DNA from: Lama glama
Lineage: Eukaryota
Assembly: GCA_028534125.1 (NCBI GenBank)
Contig: CM052816.1
Coordinates: 56,050,001 to 56,114,000, forward strand
Length of the DNA stretch: 64,000 bases
Direction: 5' to 3'
A program made the position numbers and the translations under genes. Below are positions 63,679-64,000 of the stretch, piece after piece. Under the pieces are notes generated by a model. That model was not told the origin of the DNA. It saw only the letters and a list, made by a program, of their open reading frames with translations, and did no database searches. The first letter of the stretch is position 1, and the number at the start of each line of letters is the position of its first letter.

Positions 63679-64000
63679 CAGGTATACCTCAGAGAGACTG
63701 TGGGTTGGTTCCAGAGTGAATATCACAATAAAGTGAATCACATGTATTTTTTTGTTTCCCAGTGCATATAAAAGTAAGTTATGTGTATGCTATACTGTAG
63801 TCTGTTAAGTGTGTGATAGCATTATGTCTAAAAAAAACCCCAAACATACCTTAATTAAAAAATAGTTTATTGGTAAAAAATGCTAACCATCATCTGAGCC
63901 TTCAGCGAGTTGCAATCTTTTTGCTGTTGGAGGTCTTGCTTCAATGTAGATGGCTGTTGATTGATCAGGGTAGTGGTTGCTGAAGATTGGGATGGCTGTG
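63679..64000 (+). mobile_element. Tigger1-like Tc1/mariner DNA transposon, left end
   Basis: TA target followed by CAGGTATACCTC TIR; TTTCCCAGTGCATATAAAAG, AAATGCTAACCATCATCTGAGCCTTCAGCGAGT. Confidence 0.85.

Noticed and set aside
1..64000. CRISPR array, operon or other prokaryote-type system
   Set aside because: The sequence is mammalian intron/exon DNA with no repeat-spacer array or dense gene cluster.

Overview
Mammalian genomic DNA, very probably from a camelid, judged from the tRNA-derived Vic-1-like SINEs. The window holds the 5' two-thirds of FAM169A (SLAP75) on the + strand: a CpG-island promoter with a non-coding exon 1 (donor after 14422) and nine coding exons (33383-61554). These splice in frame to 1103 nt of CDS (about 367 aa), and the gene continues past the window end. 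The first 13 kb is intergenic and contains a nested cluster of ERV solo LTRs, a SINE and an L2. The introns contain L1, L2, MIR, CR1 and DNA-transposon remnants, one 500-N assembly gap and an antisense, 5'-truncated, disabled CEP120 processed pseudogene (about 54429-55791). I found no novel multi-gene system. The most interesting leads are a degenerate GNAT acetyltransferase-like motif in FAM169A, unusual splice-site architecture (a recursive-splice-type exon 5, a very weak donor and a tandem donor), a possible divergent antisense transcript, and several tiny TSD-flanked retroposition stubs. Repeat family names are assigned by eye and need RepeatMasker/Dfam confirmation.
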